Assembly: GCA_965218095.1 (NCBI GenBank)
Contig: OZ244587.1
Location: 4,512,001-4,576,000 of the forward strand
Source: Candidatus Poribacteria bacterium
GTDB lineage: Bacteria; Poribacteria; WGA-4E; PCPOR2b
Direction of reading: 5' to 3'
Length of the DNA: 64,000 bases
The notes beneath the pieces were generated by a model, which did not search any database, had not been told where the DNA came from, and saw only the letters and a list, made by a program, of their open reading frames with translations. Positions 1-9,923 of the stretch are shown piece by piece (position 1 is the stretch's first letter; each line of letters starts with the position of its first letter). The translations under genes were made by a program, and so were the position numbers.

Positions 1-738
1 AATGAGTAACGTTGCGAATACGGTGCTACTCACATTGAAGCTGATCTCTTCGCGGGAAAATTGATATGTATCGTAAGTTGTTGTAACCTGATGTACTCGC
101 TCGCGGCGGTGCAATTTTGATGGCGTAAACCCAAGGTGCAAAATATCTTCTCTGATCTGCTCAAGATCTTCTGCTTTGCCGTAGAAGGAAATTCGACTTT
201 TTCCATCACCTTTAACGTAGTAGATATTGCCATCTCCCATCACGTACCCCAAGACTTTTAGCAGATATGGCAAGGCGGGTGAGTCGTATCTCAGCGGCAA
301 CAGATTGCGCTGCTTGAGATGCTTGATGACCTGTTCTCGTCGATTGCCGGATTGACTATCACTGAGTTGATCGAGCCAGCTTTCAATCTGTGCCTGGTCA
401 ACGATAATCTCATCTGATGGTTCTTCATAAGGCACACCTTGAAATGGTGATAACGCGACCTTATCGCCAATCTTGAACTTTAGCAGTTCGACCATCCCCT
501 TTGGCGTCCAGAAGGGGTGATCGGCCGTCGCCTTGATGGTATCACCGCCCTCGGTTTTCAGGCAATATACCGGCTGGGTCGGACGGAGTTTCAGATAATG
601 CCGCACAGAAGTTTGGGTTTCAAAGATATTTTGAAAATCCTGACAACGTAGCATAGCGGTTTCCCAATTTGAACCCATCTCTCCGATTCGTATGGTGTAA
701 CCATGTTGATGAAGTATTTCCGCGTCAGCCGCCAAGCA
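1..738 (-). mobile_element. Intein in RtcB with LAGLIDADG-type homing endonuclease (partial)
   Basis: Starts CLAADAKI right after GYDLN; block B ATADHPF; LAGLIDADG-like LGYVMGDG. Confidence 0.88.
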
Positions 739-1041
739 GTTGAGATCATACCCAATTCCTCCGGGAGACACGACGCCATCTGCCTCCGGATCGGTTGCCG
801 CGACCCCGCCAATCACGAAACCGTAGCCCCAATGCAGATCGGGCATTGCAAGTGAATACTTGATAATCCCAGGCAGATGTGCCACATTGGCAACCTGCTG
901 CAACGCTTCCTCGCTCTTGGCTTGTTGAAGTAATTTTTCATTCGCGTAGACAATTCCATCAACGCGCATTCCCCTCATGTAGCTTTTGGGGATGCGCCAT
1001 CGGTACTCATCGATTTTTTCCAAGGGTATCTCTTTTGCCAT
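1..1041 (-). CDS. rtcB: RNA ligase RtcB, intein-containing, 3'-truncated by window edge (absent from ORF track)
   Basis: Hand translation from ATG 1041: [18 protein letters not shown]...[20 protein letters not shown]...[13 protein letters not shown]; frame runs open to base 1. Confidence 0.93.
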   Translation of the reverse strand, partial: MAKEIPLEKIDEYRWRIPKSYMRGMRVDGIVYANEKLLQQAKSEEALQQVANVAHLPGIIKYSLAMPDLHWGYGFVIGGVAATDPEADGVVSPGGIGYDLNCLAADAEILHQHGYTIRIGEMGSNWETAMLRCQDFQNIFETQTSVRHYLKLRPTQPVYCLKTEGGDTIKATADHPFWTPKGMVELLKFKIGDKVALSPFQGVPYEEPSDEIIVDQAQIESWLDQLSDSQSGNRREQVIKHLKQRNLLPLRYDSPALPYLLKVLGYVMGDGNIYYVKGDGKSRISFYGKAEDLEQIREDILHLGFTPSKLHRRERVHQVTTTYDTYQFSREEISFNVSSTVFATLLI

Positions 1042-1291
1042 GATTCTTCATCTCCAAATCTGAGTTTTCAGTTCGTAAAACTTGCAGTCTCGTTATGAAA
1101 TCCCATTTCCGTTAGTTCTCTTCGATTAATTGTGGAAAATTATACCATCAGCCCGCAGAGGTGTCAACGGACGCTTTAACTCATCATTGAATCTATGCGA
1201 AGTAAAGATAAACTTCGGTACTGTTTTCAACCGTCTAAACAAAGATAATGTTTCATGTTTCACGTTTAGCAAATGACTGAAAGGAAAACCG

Positions 1292-2272
1292 ATGAAAGGA
1301 ATTATCAGAACCGGTGACGGCGGTCCAGAGGTCTTGAAATTGGCGGATGTTCCTGCTCCCAACCCTGGGCGAACACAGTTGTTGATCAACGTAAAAGCAA
1401 CAGCCCTCAATCGGGCAGACACACTGCAACGGCAAGGACTATACCTGCCCCCACCCGGCGAATCGAAGATGCTCGGATTAGAACTTGCGGGGGTCGTTGA
1501 AGTAATGGGCGCCGAAGTGAGTGGCTTCCAGCGTGGCGATCGCGTGTTCGGGTTAGTCGGTGGCGGCGCCTACGCAGAACAGGCGGTTATCGACTATCGC
1601 ATGGCGATGCCGATTCCTGAAAACTGGAGCTTTGAGCAGGCTGCGGCGGTAACGGAGGTCTTCTTTACGGCAAATGAAACGCTCTTCACCATCGGTGGAT
1701 TGCGCGCCGGGGAAACGGCCCTCATTCATGCCGGCGGCAGTGGTGTGGGGACGGCCGGCACGCAGATGGCGTATCGAGCAGGCGTTCGCGTCTTTATCAC
1801 TGCTGGCTCGGTGGAGAAAATCCAGAAAAGCAAACAACTCGGTTGTACAGAAGGCATCAATTATAAGGAGCAAGATTTCGCAGTAGAAATCATACGACTG
1901 ACAAACGGGGAAGGTGTGGATCTGGTTCAAGATTTCATTGGCGCCCCCTACCTTGAACGCAATCTGTCGATTCTCAAGACGCGAGGGCGGTTGGTCATGG
2001 TTGGGCTGATGGGCGGCGGGGTCGGAGAGATCAATCTGGGGCTGATTATGCGGAAACGGTTACAGGTCTTCGGATCGGTGATGCGCCCACAGTCAATCAA
2101 AGAGAAAATTGGGATTACGCAGCGTTTTGTCAATCGGTGGCTGCCGCTACTCAAAGACGGAACGGCTCGACCGATTATCGATTGCGTGATGCCGTTATCC
2201 CAAGCCCGCGAGGCGCATGAATATATGGAGGCGAATCGGAATTTTGGGAAGATTATCCTGAAGGTGGGGTAG
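1292..2272 (+). CDS. NAD(P)H-quinone oxidoreductase (PIG3/zeta-crystallin family)
   Basis: LNRADTLQRQGLY, LGLELAG, HAGGSGVGT, GKIIL motifs. Confidence 0.92.
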   Translation: MKGIIRTGDGGPEVLKLADVPAPNPGRTQLLINVKATALNRADTLQRQGLYLPPPGESKMLGLELAGVVEVMGAEVSGFQRGDRVFGLVGGGAYAEQAVIDYRMAMPIPENWSFEQAAAVTEVFFTANETLFTIGGLRAGETALIHAGGSGVGTAGTQMAYRAGVRVFITAGSVEKIQKSKQLGCTEGINYKEQDFAVEIIRLTNGEGVDLVQDFIGAPYLERNLSILKTRGRLVMVGLMGGGVGEINLGLIMRKRLQVFGSVMRPQSIKEKIGITQRFVNRWLPLLKDGTARPIIDCVMPLSQAREAHEYMEANRNFGKIILKVG

Positions 2273-2322
2273 GTGGCGATTGATGTAGGTAAGCCCGCAA
2301 GGTATTAGGGGTAATACCAGTC

Positions 2323-2436
2323 ATACCAAATGCACTTTAAAATGACAGTTTTCCAAAATCCTCATTATGCAAGATATACGGGCAGATTTTGGCGTTAGTC
2401 TATCTGAAAAGTGTCATTATGAACTGTAAACGGTAT
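2323..2436. mobile_element. Small MITE-like element with imperfect TIRs
   Basis: ataccaaatgcactttaaaatgacagtttt ... aaaagtgtcattatgaactgtaaacggtat; abuts the truncated IS630 ORF. Confidence 0.45.
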
Positions 2437-2580
2437 CAGACGGGTGATTTGCTTATGGGATAATCCTTGGCTCTTGAGCCAAAGCGCCTCCATTTTTCTC
2501 TGCGCCTTCGGATGAGGATGGTGATAACGTTGATAATCGAGTGCTTCGATATCTTCTGGAGTAAAGTCGATAACAATCAT
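2437..2580 (-). pseudogene. IS630-family transposase N-terminal remnant
   Basis: IEALDYQRYHHPHPKAQRKMEALWLKSQG resembles IS630 HTH N-terminus; truncated. Confidence 0.7.
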
Positions 2581-2810
2581 ATGGTTTCCTCGTCAAAAGC
2601 CAAGAAGGTTATTTTAAATCCACAAAAGCAATTCTGTATTGGTCAACGGTGTTTTGCGTAGTGATGAAAAGTCGGAAACACAGATGCGGATTTGTAGTGT
2701 GAGGCTTGCTCCACAAAGGCAGCGGGGAATGAGTTGGGGCAAGCCCCAACCTATGGCTGCGACATATCATTGACTAATACACAATTCCCTCAAATTATAC
2801 TCGATTTCTG

Positions 2811-2852
2811 CTCCCCCCGTTGTTGGATAAGGGCGGTATAAATCTGGTTCAT
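2811..2852 (-). pseudogene. HicB-like antitoxin N-terminal stub
   Basis: GGAGG SD then MNQIYTALIQQRGE, then truncated. Confidence 0.35.
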
Positions 2853-2986
2853 TTTTACCTCCGTAGTTATTGTTGGTCAGAACGTTTGCTGATTTTGTTC
2901 TTAATCTCTGTCAAGGTCTCACTGATTCTGAAGAGACCCTTAGCGAACTCCTATGAAAGTCGCACGAAGTATAGAGTGAGTAGCAG

Positions 2987-4393
2987 GTGCGCCCATGCGT
3001 ATCAAGATGCGATGTCGGCTAGATTCCGACTCGGTGAACTTACCGCCGCATACCTAACTCTAACTGCGCTGCTGGAAACGGCAGGGTTAGAAGCAAGAGG
3101 AAAGGGCAAATGACTCAAAGGGAATGTAGACCCTTCAGGCTGTCATGTCAGGTAAGAGCAATATGACGAAAGCGAAAGTTGAACTGATAGTTGAAGCCTC
3201 GTAAACTCTGAACAGGTTAATCTACAAGTGGAAGACTTTAGAGACCTTCCAATAATCAGCCTGTAGCTAATAAAGCGTGAGCCAAGATACTCTATTCTGC
3301 TATTAGAGTATTGAAGGGCAATATATTTATTCTTTATATTGTCTTGTAAGTCGGAAGGCTTCGGGGTAAAGTCAGCGTCTAAGTTGCTCATGAAACGCAC
3401 CTTGAGAGAGTGTGGGAGTCCCTAAACCGTCTGAAATGAGAGGTTTTCAGACGGCAAGGGAGAGGAGACTGTATAAGGTCTCAAATAGAGGGTGCATATC
3501 CTTCTTTTAATCTGGCAGACCAAATAACCCCATTATTCAACTTGCCACAAGAAAGGAGGTGCAAATTCCATCTCACCGAAAGGAGGAAGTGCCATGCAAT
3601 TTATTTGCATGTTATCGCCCGCAAAGGAGGTGATGCTATGCAAACCTTCATAAGAGACGGTTGTTCTCTGATAGTACCTTACGAATACTATCAGGAATAT
3701 CTTGCCTATATCTGCTTTAAGCGTGCTATGGGTAGAAAGTACGATACTTTCGCTGAATACCTCGCCAAAAGGCAGAAAGGTGAGATAAGATAGCCTTCTA
3801 TTCGATGCCATTTTACACTTGGCTCTATTTGGAAGTCAAGTGTAAAATGACATAGAGACTCAAGCACAGTCAGGTTTATCGCTACGAAATCAATGCAGAA
3901 CCCGATTTAGGGATACTGGCGAAAATCGTGCGTAAGCATGTCGTCCAGCCCCCAATGTTCGGACAGCAGAGATAGTAACAGCGGTTGCAAGTGAAGAAGG
4001 CAGAAACATAGTAAGTTGGGGTGGTCATTGGTAAGGCAACCTAAACCACAACCACCAGACCGACCTACTGCTTGCTGATAGTTACTCATCTTCCTCAAGA
4101 GCGTGAACACGCCCAACGAGGTCATGAATAACTACAGCAAGACAATGTAGAGCGTAATTCTGCGTATGGGGTGTAGGTCAGTCAATTCCAGTAACCTATT
4201 AACCTCATCTATAGCAGTGAATACGTTTACAGGGGTTGAATCTGCCATTATAATCACCTCCTTTGATAATGTTACGATTGTTTAAGGAGGCGGTTTCAAT
4301 AATCACTTATAAACTGGAAACCCGTGTGCGGTGAAAGTCGCACGCACGGTTTGGAAGGGGGGAAAGACTTGCGAAAGTCCTACCTATCCTTAC
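2987..4393 (+). ncRNA. Group IIB intron, ORF-less (no RT/maturase)
   Basis: 5' GTGCG; EBS1 ctgcta (3297-3302, in hairpin loop) complementary to IBS1 tagcag (2981-2986); candidate EBS2 actct (3205-3209) / IBS2 agagt (2973-2977); DV 4319-4352; DVI with bulged A at -8; 3' AC; DIV only ~134 nt (4186-4319). Confidence 0.9.
3638..3793 (+). CDS. 51-aa hypothetical small protein inside the intron
   Basis: AAAGGAGGTG SD shortly before ATG; MQTFIRDGCSLIVPYEYYQEYLAYICFKRAMGRKYDTFAEYLAKRQKGEIR; followed by a 13-bp hairpin. Confidence 0.5.
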   Translation: MQTFIRDGCSLIVPYEYYQEYLAYICFKRAMGRKYDTFAEYLAKRQKGEIR

Positions 4394-4408
4394 AACCACC
4401 ATATAGAT

Positions 4409-5517
4409 GAGGGGTGTGCATAGTAGTTCATTGGAAAACAGCCGCCATATGAGAGATATTGCGAGCAGGTAACTTCCATATGGCATTGGCAATCATAGCC
4501 ACTTGCACTGATAACACCCCGATAGCTAAACAACAGCGTACATTGAAAAACCCCTTGACCGGTAACTGCTTCTGTTGAGGAGTGGTGCCTATCACTTTAG
4601 CAATCAAGTCAAACAACGGTTCAACCGAACTGCGACGTTTGCTTAAACAGAGACGCTGCTTGGGTTGGTTGATAAATCGATGATACGCCTTGGCAAACCG
4701 TCCCTTTGTCCATCTAAGTGCCGGGGTAATCAAAGCGACTTGTGCCTTCGCCCAACGACGGATACGGTCTGCTTGGGTATAGGCATCATCGGCAGTGAGT
4801 GTCTGCGGTGAAAGTTGTGTCAGAATCTCAGACGCTTTAGCATCTATCGCCCAACTTTCGGAGACCGACGCACGGTGCACAGTTATCAGTGTTGGGAACG
4901 CACCTTGTGTGCAGATAATGTGAAGTCCGTAGCCATAGACCCAGCCATGATAACCACTCTTGCTCCACGTGGCATCGGTGTCGAGGTTGCGTAGATGTTT
5001 AGGTACTTTTCCTGCTTTGCGGTCAGTTTGATGCCAGACGGGTCCTCGTGCCTTAAATAAACTTTTGTCGGCTACCAGATGAGCCAAGTTGAATTGTTGG
5101 GACAAGTCAGTGGCATACTGACCGATAAACAATACAAATACCTCTATCACTTCATATAATGCCTTATAGCGACGTGCAATCGTGGTTCGATGAGGGGGCT
5201 GTTGCCACCCCAGCATTTGTAACACTTCTGGGTGATTGATTAGCCACCGCCATTGCGTTTTGAAGCCATAGATGCCGTGAAACTGCATCAACATGAAGAA
5301 AATGATAAACGAGGTGGTTGAATATGTCAATGGTTTTGCGTGTGTGACACCTGGTTTGTCAATACGGTGTTGCATAAACTGCTCAAAGAGTTGCATAATA
5401 AGAGTGACATAATCAGCCAACATTGGTCTTTGTACCATATTGGGGCTCCTTTTGCTATGATAACAATAGGAAACCCTTTTGGCTTGATTATGTCAACTAT
5501 ATTTATGCACACCCCTC
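4409..5517 (-). mobile_element. Complete DDE insertion sequence (IS4/IS5-like), 1109 bp
   Basis: Perfect 14-bp TIR GAGGGGTGTGCATA; 8-bp TSD ATATAGAT at 4401-4408 and 5518-5525. Confidence 0.92.
4428..5438 (-). CDS. DDE transposase
   Basis: VADKS, DTDATWSKSGYHGWVYGYGLH, TADDAY, RSSVEPLF; lies inside TIRs. Confidence 0.9.
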   Translation of the reverse strand: MVQRPMLADYVTLIMQLFEQFMQHRIDKPGVTHAKPLTYSTTSFIIFFMLMQFHGIYGFKTQWRWLINHPEVLQMLGWQQPPHRTTIARRYKALYEVIEVFVLFIGQYATDLSQQFNLAHLVADKSLFKARGPVWHQTDRKAGKVPKHLRNLDTDATWSKSGYHGWVYGYGLHIICTQGAFPTLITVHRASVSESWAIDAKASEILTQLSPQTLTADDAYTQADRIRRWAKAQVALITPALRWTKGRFAKAYHRFINQPKQRLCLSKRRSSVEPLFDLIAKVIGTTPQQKQLPVKGFFNVRCCLAIGVLSVQVAMIANAIWKLPARNISHMAAVFQ

Positions 5518-6594
5518 ATATAGATAGTTTATGACGACAAAGCCATAAGTGAAAACACCTAATTTAGGGCGTAAGATCAGCTTCAGCCCCTCCCGACTTT
5601 CAAAGAGATCAAATGCCCGCTGCCATTCGGAGATCGGCATTTCGTGAGTGATCAACGTCTTTGTGGAAACCATCCCGTGTTCCATCAGCTTGAGCGCACG
5701 TTCCCATGCAGTTCGTTTCTGCGAGATGAAGCCCGTCACCTGAAGTTCCTTGAAGGCAATCCGTTCAAAGTCGATGTTGATCGGATTGCCAAATAAGCCC
5801 ATCTGCGTGTACTTTCCACGCTTGCGAACAAGTTCAAGCCCAAGCCGAGCCGCCGGCCCTGCCCCTGAGCACTCCAAGACGACATCAGCGCCATAGCCAT
5901 TGGTATGCGCCTTCATAGCTTCCACTGCATCCTCCTTCTCGACGTCGATTGTCAGAGCTGCGCCAAGTTCCTCCGCACGTTTGAGCCGATTTGCGTCCAC
6001 GGAGGTTCCACAGACAGCGACAATGCCACCCTCTGCTTTTGCCAGTTGCAAACTGAGCAGACCAATTGTTCCCGGCCCGGTGATCGCGACGAAGTCTCCG
6101 GCGGAGATCTTTGTCTGCTCAATAATGCCGTGAACACAGCAGGCAAGCGGCTCAGTGAGTGTTCCCAAAATGAAATCCACGTTCGGTGGGAGCTTGTGCA
6201 AACCGTGCTCGGGAGCGGTGCAATATTTCGCAAACGCGCCGTTATGCCAGTAGCCGAGGGCCTACCGCTGATCGCACAGGTTGTTAAATCCCGACCGGCA
6301 ATAGTCGCACTGTCCACACGTCCAAAAACCGGGTTCGACGGTCACGCGATCTCCGACTTTGACGCTCTTGACTTCAGTGCCGCACTTGGCGATCGTGCCG
6401 CTGAATTCGTGACCCATCACGACCAGCGGCCTCATCGGAAGGTTGATGTGGTCATGGTGGATATGCAGGTCGGACCCACAGATGCCTGCGCTATGAACCT
6501 CAACAAGCACCTCATTGGCGTTGGGCTTCCGAACCTCGACCTCGCGGAGTTCGGTGAATCCATCTCCATGTTGATATTTTACGACGCCTTTCAT
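5503..6594 (-). pseudogene. Zn-dependent alcohol/sugar dehydrogenase with in-frame TAG
   Basis: GICGSDLH, GHE, CGQCDYC...C, GPGTIG; ORFs 6262-6627 and 5503-6201 share a frame, split by TAG at 6262-6264; native stop apparently lost, reads into IS. Confidence 0.85.
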
Positions 6595-6684
6595 AAGAAC
6601 CTCTTCACTCATGAAATCCAAGCGCAAAAAGGAGAGCAGAACGTAACTCAGCCATTTTTTCTAAGGTATTAACTAATGGTGCTA

Positions 6685-7520
6685 GGTTCTGTTGACATTT
6701 CAAGGGAGCCATATAAGAGTGGCGACAAAGCTGAGAAATCCAAAATAACGGACAGCTAGCTTCTCAAACCGAGAGAAGATACGACGATACCATTTTATCT
6801 TGTTGATGAAACATTCAACCCGATGTCTCTCTTTGTATAAGCGTTTGTCATACGTTCTTTGGTCAACACGATGACTTTTGGGCGGTATCACCGCAATTGC
6901 TCCATTCGCCTCAATAACCGCGATAAAAGCGTCCGAATCGTACCCCTTGTCTCCAATCACATATTCACTGTTATATCCGATTATCAACCCTTCCGCCTCA
7001 GTTATGTCATGTCTCTGACCGGGTGTCAGATGAATTCTTAGGGGATTGCCTAGTCCGTCAACTGTAATGTGATTTTTTGTACTGAAACCGCCCCGAGACC
7101 GACCTAATGCTTGGTTTTCAGTGCCACCCTTTTTTTTAAGGCGCCAGCTTTTTAAGGCGCCCGCCGCAGACGGGTGAGCGCGGCAGATGGTACTATCCAC
7201 AATAAGCGACTCGATATCGGGGTCGGCGGCGAAGTGGGGGTGCATCTGTGTGAAGATACCTTTGTTGCACCATCGAGCAAACCGCTTGTAGCGGGTGTTC
7301 CATTTGCCATAGGTGTCTGGTAGAAGTCTCCATTGAGCGCCGCTACGAGTCACCCACAGAACCGCTTCGACGAAGCGGCGTGTAGCAGCTTCGTCGCCAA
7401 CATAGATGGTGGGACAGCTTAGAAGAAACCGGTATATCTTATTCCATTGTTCATCAGGTAAGGTTATTGGCGTCATTCTTCTATTATGCCACAACCTTAT
7501 ACTCAAATGTCAACAGAACC
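6685..7520 (-). mobile_element. IS5-family element copy 1 (836 bp)
   Basis: TIR GGTTCTGTTGACATTT, TA flanks; near-identical to 41083-41902. Confidence 0.93.
6700..7506 (-). CDS. IS5-family transposase, fused single ORF
   Basis: GAQWRLLP, IVDST, LGRSRGGFSTK, GDKGYDS, ERHRVECF. Confidence 0.92.
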   Translation of the reverse strand: MSIRLWHNRRMTPITLPDEQWNKIYRFLLSCPTIYVGDEAATRRFVEAVLWVTRSGAQWRLLPDTYGKWNTRYKRFARWCNKGIFTQMHPHFAADPDIESLIVDSTICRAHPSAAGALKSWRLKKKGGTENQALGRSRGGFSTKNHITVDGLGNPLRIHLTPGQRHDITEAEGLIIGYNSEYVIGDKGYDSDAFIAVIEANGAIAVIPPKSHRVDQRTYDKRLYKERHRVECFINKIKWYRRIFSRFEKLAVRYFGFLSFVATLIWLP

Positions 7521-8174
7521 TAATAGCCAGTTCGCAGACCCGCTGATTGCCCCGGTTATCTAGTTTGACCCGTCGATTGGACTTCAATTGGGTGAGCCAA
7601 TGCCATCGATAGTTCCGAATCGTCAAAAGATTCTTCAAACTGTTGTACCAACTGTCAAAGACCACACACTCCGGAGAAAAGCCTCTCGCATGAGCATTGG
7701 AGATTAGAGCTTGAAAGTGATTATTTTTGGTCAAGCTATCATTGCGTTTATTATAGAGGCGGTAATCGCAGGGAATGTGACTGTCGCCATCAGTCCACAT
7801 CAGAGTAATGAGGTTAATCCCTGAGACCACTTTTTTGTGTTTGCCTGGCCAATGGCGGGTCACCCGCTCTATTTTTTGTGCATAGGGTTTGTCAAGGGTT
7901 GAGTCGTCTATGACCAAAATCCCCCGGTCTTGGGTGACATAAGCCTGTGACTCTTGCCATAATTGTTGTGGATTGGGTGTAAGCCGATAGAGGAATCGAT
8001 TCAGCGAGTCATGCGCTGCCGGGGTGTTCTGTTGAGGTTGGACTCTGGCAGCCTCGGTACAACTGTAGTATCTGGGAGTCGCAATTAGAAAGTTGATATA
8101 GTCATATTCATTGCATTGGGGTCGATTCATAGCCTTTATTATAATCTATTTTCTGTCCAAGTGCGTAACCCCTA
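7521..8174 (-). mobile_element. IS701-family element, truncated by IS5 insertion
   Basis: ORF 7510-8130 with LVIDDSTLDKPY, HKKVVSGINL, FDSWY; end TAGGGGTTACGCACT at 8160-8174. Confidence 0.85.
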
Positions 8175-8294
8175 CTCTAAATCAGAATAATTCATAGATT
8201 GGAACTCTTAGCATTGAACCGATTGATTCAGATTGGGGATGTCGATTCTCTCTTTAGTGCATTTGTTCTCCAAATGATTTCCAAGTCCGGTGTG
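8174..8294. repeat. 121-bp direct repeat copy A (left edge of R-M cluster)
   Basis: Matches 12654-12774 with 4 mismatches. Confidence 0.95.
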
Positions 8295-9078
8295 CATTCA
8301 TAGTCCTTAAATAAACCTGAAATATCATCTGCTTTTCTTTTTTCAGCCAGCCTTTCTCGTATAATTTCGACATTGACCTTATCGAGTTCAATGCCAATCG
8401 GTTTCCGCCCCAACTGCTCCGCAACGACCAATGTTGTCCCCGAACCTGCAAATGGATCCAACACGACATCGCCGGGCTTTGTCGAAGAAAGGATTATCCG
8501 AAGAAGCAGTTGAATCGGTGCCTGCTGCTTATGCAAGCGATTTCCCTCCACATCCCGCAAGGCTTCATCTCCAGCAAAATAGCCCGATGTCAACTCACGA
8601 ATATCGTCCCACACGTCGGTGAGATATATCCCATTTTCCCGTTCATATTTGTAGCCCGCAGGGAGCGGCGGATTGATTCGTAAGCGGTGAAAGACCCGTG
8701 GACGTTTCCTCTTCGTTGCAAACACAATGATCTGATAGTGTTTACCAAAACGCTTCATTCCGGGGACAGCAGACGTTTTCTTTTTCCAAATAATCAGGTT
8801 TTGAAATGTCCACCCAGATTCACGCAGACACCGCAGCACAGACTCAGTTTTCTTTTCGCGTTGCATAAAATAGATGAAGCGGTCCGGTGATAAACCTTTG
8901 TGCACACCTCACCCATCCACTTCCAATACTGTGCTTCAGGCAAGTTATCATCCCATTCGTTATAACCCTTGTCTTGATTGAAGGGCGGATCAAGAAAGGT
9001 AAGATCAACATGCCCAAAAGCGGTGTTCTGTTGGTCTAACAGCGAGGCACAATCTCCATGTAGCACAGTTGCTTTCAT
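8228..9078 (-). pseudogene. Beta-class N4/N6 DNA methyltransferase, frameshifted
   Basis: LDPPF in 8794-9078 and DPFAGSGTT in 8228-8905 lie in different frames. Confidence 0.85.
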
Positions 9079-9089
9079 GTTATACTCTG

Positions 9090-9896
9090 TTATGCGAAAA
9101 ATTCATCATTGATCATAATCTGAAATTCATTGGTTTCGGCTTCCCGCCTTAGATTTGCAAGACGATTTTGTTGTGAACGGCTAAGCGAATTAAGTCTGAA
9201 ACCCTCACCTGTCGTCAACTTCAAAACTGGCACAGAGGTGTAACTTCTCTCTCTGACTCTCAGATGCTCCAAGTTCGTAAATAGTATCATCTTCACCAAA
9301 CCATCTTTAATGTCACCAAGGGAGGGCAGCTCATCTTTGTTCGTATGCTTTGCTTCAATGAGATGGATTTTGTCCTCATGGATTTCAACCTCACCAATTT
9401 CGCCGATACCTTCGACTTACGTTATGTTCCAGTGCAAAGCATCGGATTGATAAGACATCAACCGATCAATTTCGCTCATGATGTGCTCTGAATTAAACTT
9501 TTGTCCCGTGATTTTATGCGTGTATCTTGTGTTTTTTGAAGCATCAACATAGTAACTAATTATCACGTAAACGCCCAACAAACTCATCAAAGAGATAGTA
9601 TCCCATTGGAGAAAGTCTCGATCGCCCTGTTTACCTCCATCCTTCAAAATTGGGATTATCGTCGCTTTCTTACCAGAAAAACTCAGCGTATCATAGACCC
9701 TTGAATACGGGTAAGACCGTGTCCTTTTTGGCGAAACCCAGCAGCTTAAAGCAATCTGCTTGGTTGGATCAATCTGTAGAATAAAAGTGGCCTTTTCCGA
9801 AAGGACTGTGTCAAAATCTCTATAGCTGAAAGATTTAAGTTTGCTGCATAGCAGAGGGGTATATTTTACTCCAGTAATCCCAGCGAAAATATCCAT
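9090..9896 (-). pseudogene. Putative type II restriction endonuclease with in-frame TAA
   Basis: Frame continues past TAA 9417-9419 into IHLIEAKHT (ExK motif); lies among MTases. Confidence 0.6.
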
Positions 9897-9923
9897 CAGG
9901 TTCTCGTTACACCTCTAACAAGG

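Noticed and set aside
6262-6264. In-frame TAG as pyrrolysine
   Set aside because: Not a known Pyl family, no pyl genes seen, and the gene is also damaged at its 3' end
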